A stretch of DNA of 36,153 bases from Jimgerdemannia flammicorona (taxonomy: Eukaryota): NCBI GenBank assembly GCA_003990765.1, contig RBNJ01000229.1, positions 1 through 36,153 of the forward strand. The letters are read 5' to 3'. The translations under genes were made by a program, and so were the position numbers. Of this stretch, positions 15,247 through 28,856 are shown piece by piece (within the stretch, counting starts at the first letter, position 1; the number at the start of each line of letters is the position of its first letter). The notes under the pieces are model-generated. The model was not told the DNA's origin. It ran no database searches and saw only the letters and a program-made list of their open reading frames with translations.

Positions 15247-17089
15247 TGAACTTGGTTTTTACGGCGGAAGTTGTCATTTTTCTCACTCCATCATCGTCTT
15301 TCGCTTCTTTCCCAACCGCAGGGCAATTCCGTGATGTCGAATCTAATTCCAAAGGGCTGGAAAGCGCGTGAACCCAGGGACGAGAGAATGGATCGTCTAT
15401 AGGCTATGACACCGATAAGATGGTCTATAAATTGTATATATAATGACTTTGAGAGGTACCGAGCCCGTTATAGAGTCAGATGGGTCATTTGTGCCTAAAT
15501 TAGAACGGGTCGCTAAACCTGGTGTTTTTTTTTTTTTTGTTGTCTTTGTTTTCTGCATGTATTTGTCGTTAACTTGCTTTGTACAACACTTGTAAACATT
15601 TGGCTGTCTTAAAACCATTATCATTATGACCCTTCTAGCCGGCTTGCGCGCACGTTTAATACAGATAAAACAGGCGATTAGCATAACAATTCTATTCTTG
15701 TAGCGGCCGTCAAAGAAATGTCAGTCAATGGCACATAACTCCTGTTGCTCCACACAACTGACAGTACAGAGGAACGTGCTCATGATTGGTGTGACGAACA
15801 GAAACCCCTAATGCGTGGGGCAATCAATAGTCAGGCCGAAGTCCGTCCTACATTGTGCAGGTAGCAACGCGAAATACTCCAGACAGGCAGTCACAGGTAG
15901 CCCGCCTGGCCCAACAATCTCACCCCTTTGCCCTTTTCCCGTCGATCCAAGATCCGTCAGCACCGTCCAGTTCGCAAACTATCTTACGCTCCTGGCCTAG
16001 GTTCCCCGTGTTGTGAAGTACGGGGGCAAAGCAGAGAACCGTGGGTTGGCGAGCGTCGGGTTCCTCCTCCCTGTAACCATCAAAGAGCCACAATCCTTGC
16101 AAACGAAAGGCAACTGGTCATTGCACTCTCGTTTGAGCTATGCCCACAGTGTAGATGGAGAGTTTTTTTTTTTTTTTTTATAAAAAAAAAAAAAAAAAAA
16201 AAAGTGCAGCGATCGTCATACCTTTCTTTTATTATTATTATTATTATTTTTCTTTTTTTTGAAAAAAAAGGTTGAATCTATAAATAAACCAAAATTACAT
16301 GTAAACCCCGAGGAATATTGCAGCTTGTAAAGGTTGTTCGGTAAGCCCTTTTTTGTGATTATAAATAATCAATCATGCAATTAAAACCAGCTGACACAAC
16401 AGGAAAGTGCCACAAATTCCTTGTTTGCTTGTTTGTGTAAGGCGACTCACATAATTACGTGTTGGGACTCGAAATATTCAAGGGGCTAGTCTACGTTGCT
16501 CTACAGAATCGGCGGAAGCGAAATATGGCTTGTCAGGTTGCTCTCCCCTTTCCCCGAAATTCAAGACGGCGAGGTCTTGCTGGTAAAAGGGAAAAGGCTC
16601 TGATAACTAAGACGAATATCTATTAGTTACGCCGGGATAAATTCCAGGTCCCCGTCGGGCGGATGGATATTTCATGGATTACGCAAATAGCCAATGGGGG
16701 ATAGATCATTGGTGAGTACGAGTGTTGGTACAAAGTTGTGCTGATTACCAGAGAGGTATTTTCTCCCAATGCCGTCCTCGGGAGGTCGGGATTCACAATG
16801 CATAAGGGGGGCATTGTTCCATGAAATCAGGGGGGCTTGCATTTGAAGGGGGAGATCCTACGATCGCTGTAATTGATATCGGGGTTGCCACCCCTAATGC
16901 GACACAACAGTCGTCGCCCCTTTACCCCTGTGTCCATTGTGGCTTTGATTTGTGAGTGGCTGGAGACATGTGGCGACGTGTTCTTACATCACCAAACTTC
17001 CATTCCCGTCGTCCCGTCAACTCCGTTTTCCCCGCGACTGACCGACCTGCCAAACACACTTTAATAACAGACTTCGTCGCCGCTCGCTG

Positions 17090-20000
17090 ATGGAATTAGC
17101 ACAGTCCCCACAAAACGCGACAGGAGGCCTCGTACGCCACCCAACCAACAGCGGCAACACCGGCGCAGTGAGTATCACTCCTTGAGACAACGAGCACTCG
17201 TCGCCTTTGTGCAGGCTGCGAGGGGAAAAGTCTACGAAGGCTCATCTAATCTCGACAATCATGCGATCGCCTCCTCCTCCTCCTCCTCCTCCTCCTCCTC
17301 CTCCTCCACAGATGGCTGTCATTGAGCAGACCGTCACGCGACTGCTGGTGGCGACTAAGCAGCTCCTCGAGGGTCTCACGAAATGGTCCCAGAATCGCAT
17401 GAGCGAGCAGCAAATTTACGATATTTACAACACGCTTGAAACGCAGTTCGCTTCGGCAAGCATAGCTTTTGAGTCGGCTGGTATAGAAATGAGGTATGAT
17501 GGCATAATTCAAGGAGGATTGAATCTATTGGCGAAAAATCCGCCAGCTTGCTCTGCCGAGTCCACACCCGTCCGGTCACGCAATTAACGCATTCAATCTC
17601 CCAGTGACCTGAGCCGAATACCAGCGGACCTCCGTACCTGCATCGATATCGCCTTATTCGAGGACCCGTCTATCTCGCTCGAGCGGCATCTCCCCACCAT
17701 CCGCGACGTGATCATCAAGCTCCTACAAGGCCTCAAGAAGAAGCAGGCCATCTTCCGCGAGCGTCACCAAGACTACTACTCCCCAATCATGGAGAAGCCT
17801 CACGAAGCCACTTCTACCCCTCCCCCTACCCCCGTCTCAGTCCCCGTCTCCGTCCCAGCCTCGGCTCCTCCCCCTGGCCCCCCACCCCGCCGCGCTGACT
17901 CCTTCAAAACCGTCCACCGACCCTCGCGTCCGGCTTCCCCGCGTCCGGCTTCTCCGCGTTCGGCTTCTCCGCGTCCGGCTTCTCCGCGTTCGGCTTCCCC
18001 GCACCCGACTTCCCCGCACCTGGCTTCCTCGCACCTGGCTTCCCCGTGCCCAATGTCTCCTCCTTCCCCAATTTTCTCATCCCAATCCCCGCCAAACTTC
18101 CCGAAAATCGCCACAAGAACTGCTTCATCTACCTCAAGAACCGCTTCACCTATCTCAAAAACCGCTTCACCTACCCCGGTCCTTTCACCACGCCTCCGTC
18201 CACAACAGTCAACAATAACTCGAGGTTCACCTCTCCCCCCCCCTCCCCCACCGCCACCGCCGCCGCTGCCCCCAGCGCGCGTAGCACGGCAACCCACGCT
18301 CCCCGATTCGGGCGACTTCGACCTCAATGATCCAAAGACCGCCGACGCGCTCGCTGCGCTCAAGAAACAGGAGAACCTCGCGCGAAGGTCGACTGTACGG
18401 AAATCCATGCTCATACGAGGTGGGCCTGTACCAGGTGGGCCTGGGTTCATGTTCGATAGACCCATCCCGGAAATGCCCAAGCGAAGAGTCATCACGGAAG
18501 AGCAGTCACCTATGCCCAGGTTACCGCCGGCGCAGAAGAAGGAGGACGGAGAAGATAATGGAGTGGACATTGCCCCCGCTAAAGAGAAGAAAGTCGTTGA
18601 TAAGGTGGTGGTAAAAGGTATGTATGTTTGTGCGCCGGGAGGGGGGGGGTTGATTGTGGTTTATTTGGTGTATTTTTCTCTCTCTTGGGTGGTAGTGGAA
18701 GCTTTGCATGAAGCACAACAATCATTCTTACCCGCCACAACGAATCTTTCATAACCCGCTTCCCCTACCGCACAGCCGAGCCGGGCCTCCAGCTGTACCT
18801 GCAGATTGGCAAGGCGGTGAAGCGAACGCGGTATGACGGTCCTATTAATCTTCCGGCGTTGCGTATGCTCTTCATCGAACGGTTCGAATACAACCCGCGC
18901 CAGGACAATTTTCCCAGCATCTATATCCGCGACCCCGTTACGCAGGTCTCGTATGAGCTCGAGGATTTGGGCGAGATTGGAGAGAACTCAGTACTGTCGT
19001 TGAATATCGAAGGTGCGTTTAGGAGGAAAGGGGGGAAAGGGGAGGTAGGACGGGCGAGTGAGAATGTAGCGGATTGAAGTGTGTGTTTGTTGTTGAGAAT
19101 AGAAGTAGGATTTTGACGACGTATATTCAATTTCTTCTCCCGTACACTCACTCATTCGCAGAGGTGGCTTTCGAGAACCTCCAAAAGCAAATCACCGACG
19201 GCTTCGTCGCCGTGAACAAAGACATTATTGACCTCAAGACTCTATTTTCTGAAAGCACGGAAATGGTCAAGAAGCAGCTCACGACCGCGCCCAAAACAGC
19301 CGCCAGCGCAGCAACTTCCATGATCCGCGAAGTAACGCGTAAGGTCATCGCCGCGCAGAACCCAGATGTTCCCTCCTCCACCTCCCCCGCCGCACGCGAG
19401 TTTTCCCCCGTCATGATCGCCGAGCTCAAGTCGCAGCACGAGGAGGTCCAGAAGCTAAGGCGCGACTTGAGCATCATGCGACAACTTTACACCGAGTTCC
19501 AAAACAATACGCACGCCATGCTCACTGCCTTGCGGGAGAAGGCGGTGGTGGTTAAGGAGCAGGTACCGACAGATTCGTCGCTCGCGAGAACGGGGATTGA
19601 GGCTGGAAAGCGGAAGGTCGATCGGTCGGCGGACGCTATCACGTCTAGGTTGGAGAAGCTGCAAGACGTGATAGATGAGCTTAAGCTCGATGTCACGAAG
19701 CGGAATTGCAAGCCGTCCGAGGCGCAGATCGGGTATTGTAGCAAGGAGGCCGAGGCGCTCAAGGACGAGATCGCGGAGCTGTCGGCGTACATCCGCACCG
19801 TCAAGCCCGTGTGGAAGAAGACGTGGGAGGAGGAGCTGCAGAATATCGTCCGCGAGCAGCAGTTCCTCAAGGAGAGGGAGGGGCTTCTGCTCGATCTCGA
19901 GGAGGACCACGAGGCACTCACAGAGGTATTCGACCAGCTTAAGAAAGTTCTCGAGTTGAAGCCCCGGCGCGTCACCCCGCGTGAGTTCCGCGTCGTACCA

Positions 20001-20297
20001 GCGGAGGAAGGGGGGGAAGGCATGAATGATGTGTTTAAGCAGGTGCAGTCCATTGACGTCGACTCGGAGAGGAGGTTACGCGCACTTAGGCAGGCAGAGA
20101 AGCTCAGGGAGGTAGAACTGTCGAATAGGATCGACGAGTTCGAGAAAGAGTTGACCGGGTTTGTCGAGAACAATAGGTTGAAGAAGACGGGCGGCACGGA
20201 GGAGGCTGAAAGATTGAGGCAGAGGAAGGACGCTCAGTTGCTTAAGACGTTGTTTGGAGGAGGCCCGGGGGGGGGCGGGGGTGGCGCGGCGCAGTAG
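17090..20297 (+). CDS. BUD6: Actin-interacting polarisome protein Bud6/Aip3; exons 17090-17167, 17312-17493, 17605-18617, 18776-19012, 19162-20297
   Basis: [140 protein letters not shown] introns in phase. Confidence 0.93.
17270..17307 (+). repeat. (CCT)n microsatellite forming the polypyrimidine tract of BUD6 intron 1
   Basis: Directly precedes the CACAG acceptor at 17311. Confidence 0.85.
17926..18045 (+). repeat. 15-nt coding repeat ([10 protein letters not shown]) in the BUD6 Pro-rich linker
   Basis: About 8 degenerate units of CGTCCGGCTTCTCCG type. Confidence 0.85.
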
Positions 20298-20606
20298 GAC
20301 GGGATATACTGCTCGGACTGACTGGCCTCGTCTGGGTATATTCGAATGTAATCTATAGCTATAAATTATATTCTCATTTGCATATCGCACCAAAACATAA
20401 ATGCTGGAGGACTATGCCTTTTGGGTCGAATAATTCATATATCAACAATGGTTTGATTGTCATTCCTGATTTCCTGATTTGGAGATCGCCGCCATGGAGC
20501 AGTCACACATCAGCCTTTACCCGAAATGCTCTTCCGCTGACGTTTTTACATTCAACCATCCTGAGAAGGCGCGCCCTTGCCCCTTCGTCCCTCCTGAACC
20601 CGAACC

Positions 20607-22463
20607 ATGTCCACACCCACCCTGTCCACCTCCCCCCCGTCCGCCTCTGACCTCGGCGAGAATGCCCGCCTGAGCTCTGAGAAGCCGCCAGCCCTGCCCT
20701 TCACACAACGCCACCGCAAAGCCATCATCCTCGCTTCTGTCGCTGTCATCCTCCTGCTCGTCGGCGCCATCCTCCTGGGTGTCCTGCTCCCCCGATTCCT
20801 CGCCAAAAACTCGGGATCTGGCCCCTCCTCCAACGATTCCTCCACCAATTCCTCCTCCAATTTCCCCTCCGTGCCGCCAAGCGAGCCCACCAACGCCACC
20901 TACATCCTCAGCCTCTTCAACAACACCTCCTACGACAACACCGCCCGCGCCAACCCCAACGTCCCGCCGCTCACAGAATCCTTCCCCTACGGCAGCCAGC
21001 CCATCCGCGGCGTCAACCTCGGCGGCTGGCTTGTCCTCGAGCCCTTCATCACCCCATCCATCTTCGATCCGTACAACCCGAACCCCTACAACGCCTCCCA
21101 AGGCATTATCGACGAGTGGACCATCTCCGCCTACCTTGGCACGACCGCCGCGCGCTCCCTCCTAGACAATCACTACGCTACATGGGTCACCGAAAAGGAC
21201 ATCCGTCGCATTGCTGACGTGGGGCTCGACCACATCCGCATCCCAATCGCATACTGGGCCATCGACGTCCAGAAGGACGAGCCATACATTCCGCATCTCT
21301 CGCTCTTCTACTTCCTTCGCGTGCTCGAGTGGGCAAGAAAATACGGCCTCCGCGTCAACGTCGACATGCACGCTTTACCTGGGTCGCAGAACGGGTGGAA
21401 CCATTCTGGCAGGTCGGGGATCATTGGATGGCTGAACGGAACCCTTGGGTCGTATAACGCATACAATAGGTCGTTGCCCATCATCGCGCAAGTCGCTAAG
21501 ATTGTGTCACAACCTAGGTATAGGAATGTTGTCACCATGTTTGGCCTCGTCAATGAGCCGTATATGCCCTCGCTCGTTATCGATACCGTACTCAAGTGGG
21601 AAGAGGATGCATATAACGTTGTCAGAGGGGAGGGGTTCACGGGGGTGGTGGTCATTTCGGATGGGTTTATGGGGCTGAATACTTGGACGGGGAAGATGCA
21701 ACCCGCGCAGGGGTACACGGATGTGGCGTTGGGTATGTCTCATTGATTTCAATTTGCTCGTCCATCTTGCAATCCTTGCTTGATTCATTTATCATCCGAT
21801 CCCTTCCCCCACTACAGACACCCACTTCTACCAAATATTTACGCGTCCCCAACTCGCTACCACGCACTACCAAAAAATCTCTGTCGACTGCACGGACGCC
21901 CGAACCTCACTCATGGCCTCCGGCAACCGCTCCACGGGGTTCGGTCCAACCATTCTGGGCGAGTGGTCCGTCGCCGAGACAGACTGCACCCACTTTCTCA
22001 ACGGCGTCGGCCTGGGTAACCGGTTCGACGGCACATTTGTCGATGGTGGGGCAGCTGTGTGTCCCAATTGCACGTGCAAGGGACTCAACGATACCACCAA
22101 TTGGACGCCCGTTTATAAGCAGTTCCTACAGGCCTTTGCACAGAGCCAGATTGATGGGTATACCAACTCGTGGGGATGGTTTTATTGGAATTTTAAGACA
22201 GAGTCGGAGCCGCATTGGAGTTATTTCGATTTGGTGGTGAGTTGTATTTTTTTTTTTTTTTTTCCTGTTGCTGTCACTTGTGTCGCGTGGTAGTATAAAA
22301 AATCGCTCACACCTTGTCATCACCCCAATCTCTCGCTACATCTCTGACACCTCGTCCGTTCTCTAAAAAGGATCTGGGCATCCTTCCGCAAAAGGCGTAC
22401 GCACCGACGTGGACATGCGCACAGAACCTTTCATCTGTACCTGTGAACATCCTTCAGCGATGA
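20607..22463 (+). CDS. GH5 glucan 1,3-beta-glucosidase, membrane-anchored ExgD-like; exons 20607-21732, 21818-22236, 22371-22463
   Basis: N-terminal hydrophobic helix IILASVAVILLLVGAILLGVLLP; IRGVNLGGWLVLEPFITPS, GLDHIRIPIAYW, DMHALPGSQNGWNHSG, catalytic LVNEP and ILGEWS, DTHFYQIF across intron 1, GWFYWNFKTE. Confidence 0.93.
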
Positions 22464-23198
22464 TTGAACATATTTTCTTTCATTTAATTGCACTGTGGAG
22501 TTTCTCTCGAATCAATCACATTCGCGTCTCTTTAAGTATTGTCCCCGAAAATACCTGCACTTTTCTTAATGAACTTTGCTGATATGTAGATTTGTTTTTT
22601 GTTTTTTGTTTTTTGTTTTTTTTTTGCATAATTGCGCGCTATATAAGCGCCGACCCAAGTTCCGAATTATTCATCCGACCTGGACGGTATAAAATAGTCG
22701 ATATAAAAAATAAATATTTCGATTCAATCATTATGAACGATGACGCGCTTGAGGTGTGCCGCTATGCGGGGAGGATCGATGAACGATCTGCGGAAAGTCT
22801 CCAACAGAAGGGCTAGCGCCGAGGCCACGAATAAATGGTAACATGATCGCGCGGGAAATGCTAGCAGGAATAAATTGCTTGGGATGGTTTGGCTTGGTTG
22901 ATAGCAATTTTTTTTTGTTTCCATATCTGCGTAGGCAACCGCACGATGCGCCGCGGTGGGCGTGTGAGAAAATCCAAAAGAACTAAACTAACTACAATTG
23001 ATGAAAACACACCCTGTTTCCCCTCTGAATTCCTTGTTTCTGTTCATGTTCAGAGAGAAAGTATAATGCATCCACCCCACCTTCTTATACTTATTCCGCT
23101 TATGCGTTGTCTTCGCCACCGTTTCAGGCGCTTCTTTGTCGTCTGTAATCACGACGACAAAACGAATATCAACTGACATAACAGTACCACATCAAGTA

Positions 23199-24686
23199 TC
23201 AACAACAAAACGAGGCGAACACACAAACATACCGAGCTTCTGGTAACGGCACAACATGTGACTGGGAATATTCGAGTAGCTGCCGACGCGTATAGAACTG
23301 GCTCCGATGCGACAAGGACGGAGGAACGGATGTGGCGCCATCCGCGAAAGAAAACCCGCTGCCGCTGCGTTCCGCTTCAACATCCCGCTGGTATTCGGCT
23401 ACGCGTTTTTTGACATACGACGCGGTCTTGTCGGAAGGGCTATCGCGCAGGTGTTTGTTGAAATGTGCGCGCACGTTCCCCGCCGACAGCGGGTAGAAAT
23501 GCCAGTCGGGATCGATCGCCTTCAACAGGTTCCCCAGTCGGACATCAACCTCACGCGCTTCAGGCCGTCGGGCTGGGTCGAGGTTCCAGCACGCGTTGAT
23601 GATCTCTTGGTACGCCGCTGGCGTGCCGGGGACTGGGTCCTCGCGCAGCCCGTCGCGTCGAAATAAGTCCCCTGCTGTTCCGCGTGGGGGCACGTGGCTC
23701 ACAAGCTGCCATAGGATGGTGCCTAGGCAGTATATGTCGGACTTTTGGGTGTATGGTGCGCGTGCGAAGCACTCGGGCGGGAGATAGGATAGTCGGCCGT
23801 AGCAACCGTCTTCGGGAGCGTGGGTGGTGGATTGGGCATTGGCTATGACTATGCCTAGCCCAATGTCGATGATCCCCAGCTGCATAGATTCTTCTCGCAC
23901 GAAGACTAGGTTGCCCGGATGAAAATCGCCATGCGCTAAGCCGAGTTCGTGGAGGAAAATGAGCTTCTCGCTGATCGAACAGGCCATTTTGTAAACTACG
24001 GACCAGGGCATGGCTTTGGCGGCATTGTTGTTTAGTCTTTGCTCAAGATTACCCCCTCCTGCGTACCGCGTAATAACTAAGTACTTTCCGGACTCCTCAT
24101 GCTTCGAAATTCCTATCAGTTTGAACCACCCGCTACGTGTGAACGTTCCTACACCCGTTACAATAAGTATGTTCAAGACAATCTGTATTCGGCATTGGGT
24201 AATATCGGAGAGCAAAACGGAAAGAAAGCATGAATAATCACTCCTTTTCCTAAGAACCAAGGGACCTGGACAACATTAAACTTCCACGAAAAAAAAAGCA
24301 AGGGGCTCGTTTCGACGCACCTCTTGCAACATGGATTTGTCAAATTCCTTGAGGGCGAAATCCTCTTCGACCAGCCGGGTGTTATCCTCATTCATGTATC
24401 GCAAACGACCCTTCCAAACGGTCGCAAACCCTCCCCGGCCGATCTGCTTCAATCCGCCGACGAACCTGACCAACGGGATCCAGACGAGGTACTCTTGCAA
24501 CATGGACAGTCCCAGCTCCGCCAGGTGGCCCGCAAGCTCGTCTTCGTACCGAAATTCCCGCTTCAGGTATCGGATCCAATTTTGCGCCGATTCGCTCAGT
24601 TCGTCGAACCGCTTCACCCGCGATAGCGCTTGTTGCAGCCGCGATTCTGACATCCTCGATTCGGGGAGCGGAGAGTTTGTTGACAT
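23199..24686 (-). CDS. Tyrosine-kinase-like (TKL) protein kinase; exons 24686-24321 and 24182-~23233/23199 (3' end uncertain)
   Basis: WIP...F..LKQIGRGGFATVWKG, FALKEF, YAGGGNL, HGDFHPGNLV, IIDIGLG, YGRLSYLPPE, YTQKSDIYCLG, CWNLDPARRP. A donor at 23232 with acceptor at 23173 would instead end the protein at ~23169. Confidence 0.88.
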
Positions 24687-24830
24687 CGATGCCGCATTTA
24701 AGGTTGGAGGTCACCGCCACATGACTATGCCATCCTCGTTTGTAATTATATGATTGGCGTGGTGCCGTGAGGGTGGCGCGGGCACCATTGATCTGACGAC
24801 ACCACAGGTCGACGTTCTTTCCTTGCAAAA

Positions 24831-24856
24831 ATATATATATATATATATATATATAT
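24831..24856. repeat. (AT)13 microsatellite between HSP104 and the TKL kinase
   Basis: Seen directly. Confidence 0.9.
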
Positions 24857-25103
24857 CGCCAGGGAGGGCAACGCATTTTTTCATCTATCAATTCGAGTTC
24901 CTCGCCCGTCAAGAGCAATTAAAGCCTACAAAATTGATCATTAACATCCCGTGCTTTGCGGAGTTTCGTCGTCAGAAAACTGATTTTTTATTACTTATTT
25001 TCAGAATATGTATATATATATACAAACTTGCAACTAAATGGCCATACTACGAAGACCCATCAACACGAACGCGACGTTTTGTGTGTACATATGGCATAGG
25101 ATT

Positions 25104-28100
25104 CTAAATCATCCTACCATCCGTATTTTTATCCAAATTCATCTCGTCCTCCATCTCCTCCTCCTCCTCCCACTTCGCCGTAGCCTCATGATTCCTCACC
25201 ACCACCAGGTCGTCCTTTTCCACATCCACATTCACTCGCACTTTCTCGCCTTCCCTAACTCCACCATCAAGAATCAATTTTGCAAGCGGATTCAGCAACC
25301 GATGTTGGATCAGCCTGTTCAACGGCCGCGCGCCATATACGGGGTCGTATCCGTTATCCGCCAACCACACCCGCGCCGCCTCGTCCAGCTCAATAGAGAT
25401 ATGCTTGTCCACCAGCCGCTCACTTATCTCGCGCAATCGCACCTCCACAATATCTCCCAAGTTCTGCCGAGAGAGTCGGTTGAAGATCACAAGCTCGTCC
25501 ACTCGGTTGATGAACTCGGGAGAGAAGTGTTGACGCACCACTTCAAGAACTCGCTCCTTCACAAGCATTTGCCGCCGTGTCCCGTCAAGGTCCATCGCCG
25601 CCCCCGCAACAGGCGCAGATGCCGTGTCCGCTAGTAGTTCTGCGCCGAGGTTCGACGTCATGACGATAATCGTGTTGCGGAAATCAATCCGACGACCCTT
25701 CGAGTCTGTGATGTGTCCATCGTCCAGGACCTGGAGGAGGACGTTGGAAACATCTCGATGAGCCTTTTCCATTTCGTCCAAGAGGACTACCGAGTAGGGC
25801 TTGCGACGGACAGCTTCGAAAGCACCGCCTTCGTCGTGACCGATGTAGCCAGGCGGGGCGCCGAGGAGACGAGAAACTGCGTGCTTCTCCATATACTCAC
25901 TGGTGGTTGGAAGAGTTGATTAGAGATGTCAGTAAATCGGAAAATATTTTGTCGAATATCCTAACACATTAACTAGACAACACCAAATACTTGCCTCATG
26001 TCGATCCTAATCATCGCATTAGCATCATCAAACAAGAACGCCGCCAACTCCTTACACAGCAGCGTTTTCCCGACGCCAGTAGGCCCCAAGAACATGAAGC
26101 TTCCCAATGGCCTATTCGGATTCTGCAACCCCGCGCGGGACAGCCTAATGGCATTTGCAATCGACTGCAACGCTTGATCCTGCCCAACAACATGCTTCCT
26201 CAATTCTTTCTCCATCTGTAACAATTTTTCCCTATCCGACTTGGCCAAGCTTGTAACCGGTATTCCCGTCCACCTTGCCACGACTTCCATAATCTGCTCT
26301 GGCCCCACCACCTCCGTCAATAGGTTCTCCTCTACACTGGCCTCGGCATTTCTCAAGTCCTTCTCAACCGTCAGCCTCGCGATCTGCGCCTCGACGTCCG
26401 GAATCGCGTAATAACGGATATCTGCTGCCGCGTTCAGATCATACCGTCGCTCGGCCTCGTCAGCCTTGTTCTTCAACGATTCTAGCTTCTGCTTCAGTTC
26501 GCGCACTTCGTCAAGACGACCCTTATCAAGGTCGTATTTAGCCTTGAGTGGTTTCAGCTGCTCCTTGATCTGTGCCATCTCGTCTTGCACTTTCGCCAAA
26601 CGCTCTTGAGAATCTTTGGAGTTTTTTTCTTTGGCTAGCGCCATCGCTTCGACCTCAAGCTGTAGATGACGACGTTCAAGAACGTCGATTGCTTCCGGTC
26701 GAGAGTCGAGTTGAACACGCGCATTGGCGCAAGCTTCGTCGATCTGTGGAGAATTGGGGAATTGGGGCAAGAACAACAGTGTAAATATTTTGAAAGTAGC
26801 CAAAGATATTGGACAAAGCATTCTTAAAAATAAAATGCCCTTCACATACCAAATCAATCGCCTTGTCCGGCAAAAACCTTGTCGTAATATACCTATCCGC
26901 CAACTGCGCCGCGGCGACCAATGCGGTATCAACAATCTTGACGCCATGATGATTTTCATACTTCTCCTTCAATCCCCTAAGGATACTAATGGTATCCGTA
27001 ACGGACGGTTCCCCCACGTTGACTTGCTGGAACCTACGCTCGAAAGCCGGATCCTTTTCGACAAGGCGCCATTCATTGAGTGTGGTGGCGCCGATGCAGC
27101 GGAGCTCTCCACGGGCTAGCATGGGTTTGAGTAGATTAGCGGCGTCCATCGACCCTTCGGCCTTACCCGCTCCAAGGGCTGTGTGGATCTCGTCGATGAA
27201 GAGGATAATGCCGACTTCGGATTCTTTCACTTCTTTTAGGACAGCTTTGAGACGCTCTTCGAATTCGCCGCGGTATTTTGCGCCGGCAACTCTGTGGAAC
27301 AAAGAGACGGTGAAAGGTAAATATATGATTCTAATCCAATAACGGAGATGAAGCCAAGTTTGGAGAGTCTCAAAATAATAATAATAAAATAAATACTCAC
27401 AACGAGCCCATGTCCAGCGAGAACAGTTTACATTGTAAGCTTTGTGGGACGTCGCGACGGACGATGCGCTGAGCGAGGCCCTCGACGATAGCGGTCTTGC
27501 CGACGCCCGGTTCGCCGACCAGCACAGGGTTATTCTTGGTGCGACGAGCGAGGACGCGGATGACGCGGCGAATCTCGTCGTCGCGGCCGATGACGGGATC
27601 GAGTTTGCCGGACTCGGCCTGGGCGGTAAGGTCAATTGCGTATTTAGATAGGGCTAAAGTGGGATGGTGAAAAAAAAAAGGCGGATTACAAATCGGTTGT
27701 AGTATATATGTAGTGAAGAGTGGTTATAACATTTACAAATAAATACCTTCGTACTGCTCCTCGGCGCTCTTGCTCTCGACCCTCCTGTTTCCGCGGACTT
27801 GATTGATGGCGTTCTCGAGCGCCTTCTTCATGACACCGGCCTCCTGCAGCGGCACCAGTGTCGCTGAATCGTCGATGAGGGCGAGAATGATGTGGTCTAC
27901 GGAGATGTAAGAATCCTTCTGGTTCTTCTGGTGCTGCTGCGCGTTCCTCAGGAGCTTGGCTGTCTGTGGGCTGAGGCCAATTTCCGGCGGCGGCGGGTCT
28001 TGTGTCGGAAGGCGGACGAGCATACGCTTGAACTGGCGCTCGGCGACTGCAGGGTCGCCGCCTGCCTTTGCAATGATGGTTTTGAAGAGAGATGAACCGT

Positions 28101-28227
28101 CGGCCTCGTCGAAGAGCGCGCAGGCGATATGGGCGGGGGCGAGTTGAACATGGGAGAACTCGCGGGCGAGCTCCTGGGCAGCAGCAAGGGTCTTTTCGAC
28201 CTTGTCGGTGAATTGCATGCGATCCAT
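25104..28227 (-). CDS. HSP104: Hsp104/ClpB AAA+ disaggregase; exons 28227-27747, 27653-27401, 27291-26850, 26743-25995, 25899-25104
   Basis: Clp N-domain, [15 protein letters not shown], Walker [40 protein letters not shown]-domain coiled coil, second Walker [38 protein letters not shown]. No mitochondrial presequence, so not Hsp78. Confidence 0.96.
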
Positions 28228-28399
28228 TGCGTGTGTGTGTTTTGTGTGTGTTAAAGAGAGTGTTGGGAAAATGGCGGGTTTATATGCAAAATGATTTTAC
28301 CATATTTAGGATACCTTATGCAAAGTAAAAATCGGGCGAAACGAAAAAAATCGGGTGATACTATAAAGATATCCCTAAAATGGTAAAAATGACATCAGG

Positions 28400-28477
28400 T
28401 TCGTGCCAGGTCTTTCTAGAACCACATCCCCTGAAATCACCGCGAACAAACGAGATGCATGTAGAAAGGCCCTAGAA
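28400..28477. promoter_or_regulatory. Candidate heat-shock element and STRE-like site in the HSP104 divergent promoter
   Basis: TTCTAGAA at 28414-28421, CCCCT at 28428-28432, further GAA units at 28464 and 28475, about 190-250 bp upstream of the HSP104 ATG. Only two units are perfectly spaced. Confidence 0.5.
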
Positions 28478-28856
28478 ATCGCGCCAATTCCCTTTTTGTA
28501 TTGCTTTCAATCCCACAGACGTGCACGTCACAATGACTAGCTAATTCCCCATTTACGTCTGTGCAAATTACCGATTTTGCTAGATAGCTATGCAATTATA
28601 TATTTCAAGTTAGTCTTGAGATAAAGTTTGCACTTTATATATCTTTTTTTCTTTTCTTTTTTCTTTGTATCCACACCTTCAGAAGAACCATTAGCATGTA
28701 GGGCGGAGAGTCATCCCTGTGACTGCCCCTCCCAAAGGGATTTGGACCCTGACGCTATTCTCCCGACGTCACGTTTTATTTACGTTCCCCATGTAGGACC
28801 CTTTCCTTACCTATTTGACCTTGATTGACTGTCATTCACTTTTCTCACCAAAGAAC

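Noticed and set aside
15250..17089. Short ORFs and a poly(T)/poly(A) inverted run (16163-16203) in the long intergenic region
   Set aside because: No protein motifs, consistent splicing or recognisable ncRNA; the inverted run is simple homopolymer.
17207..17311. Poly-Pro N-terminal extension of Bud6 (MRSPPPPP...)
   Set aside because: Better explained as the (CCT)n tract of intron 1 with an in-phase upstream exon. An alternative start cannot be fully excluded.
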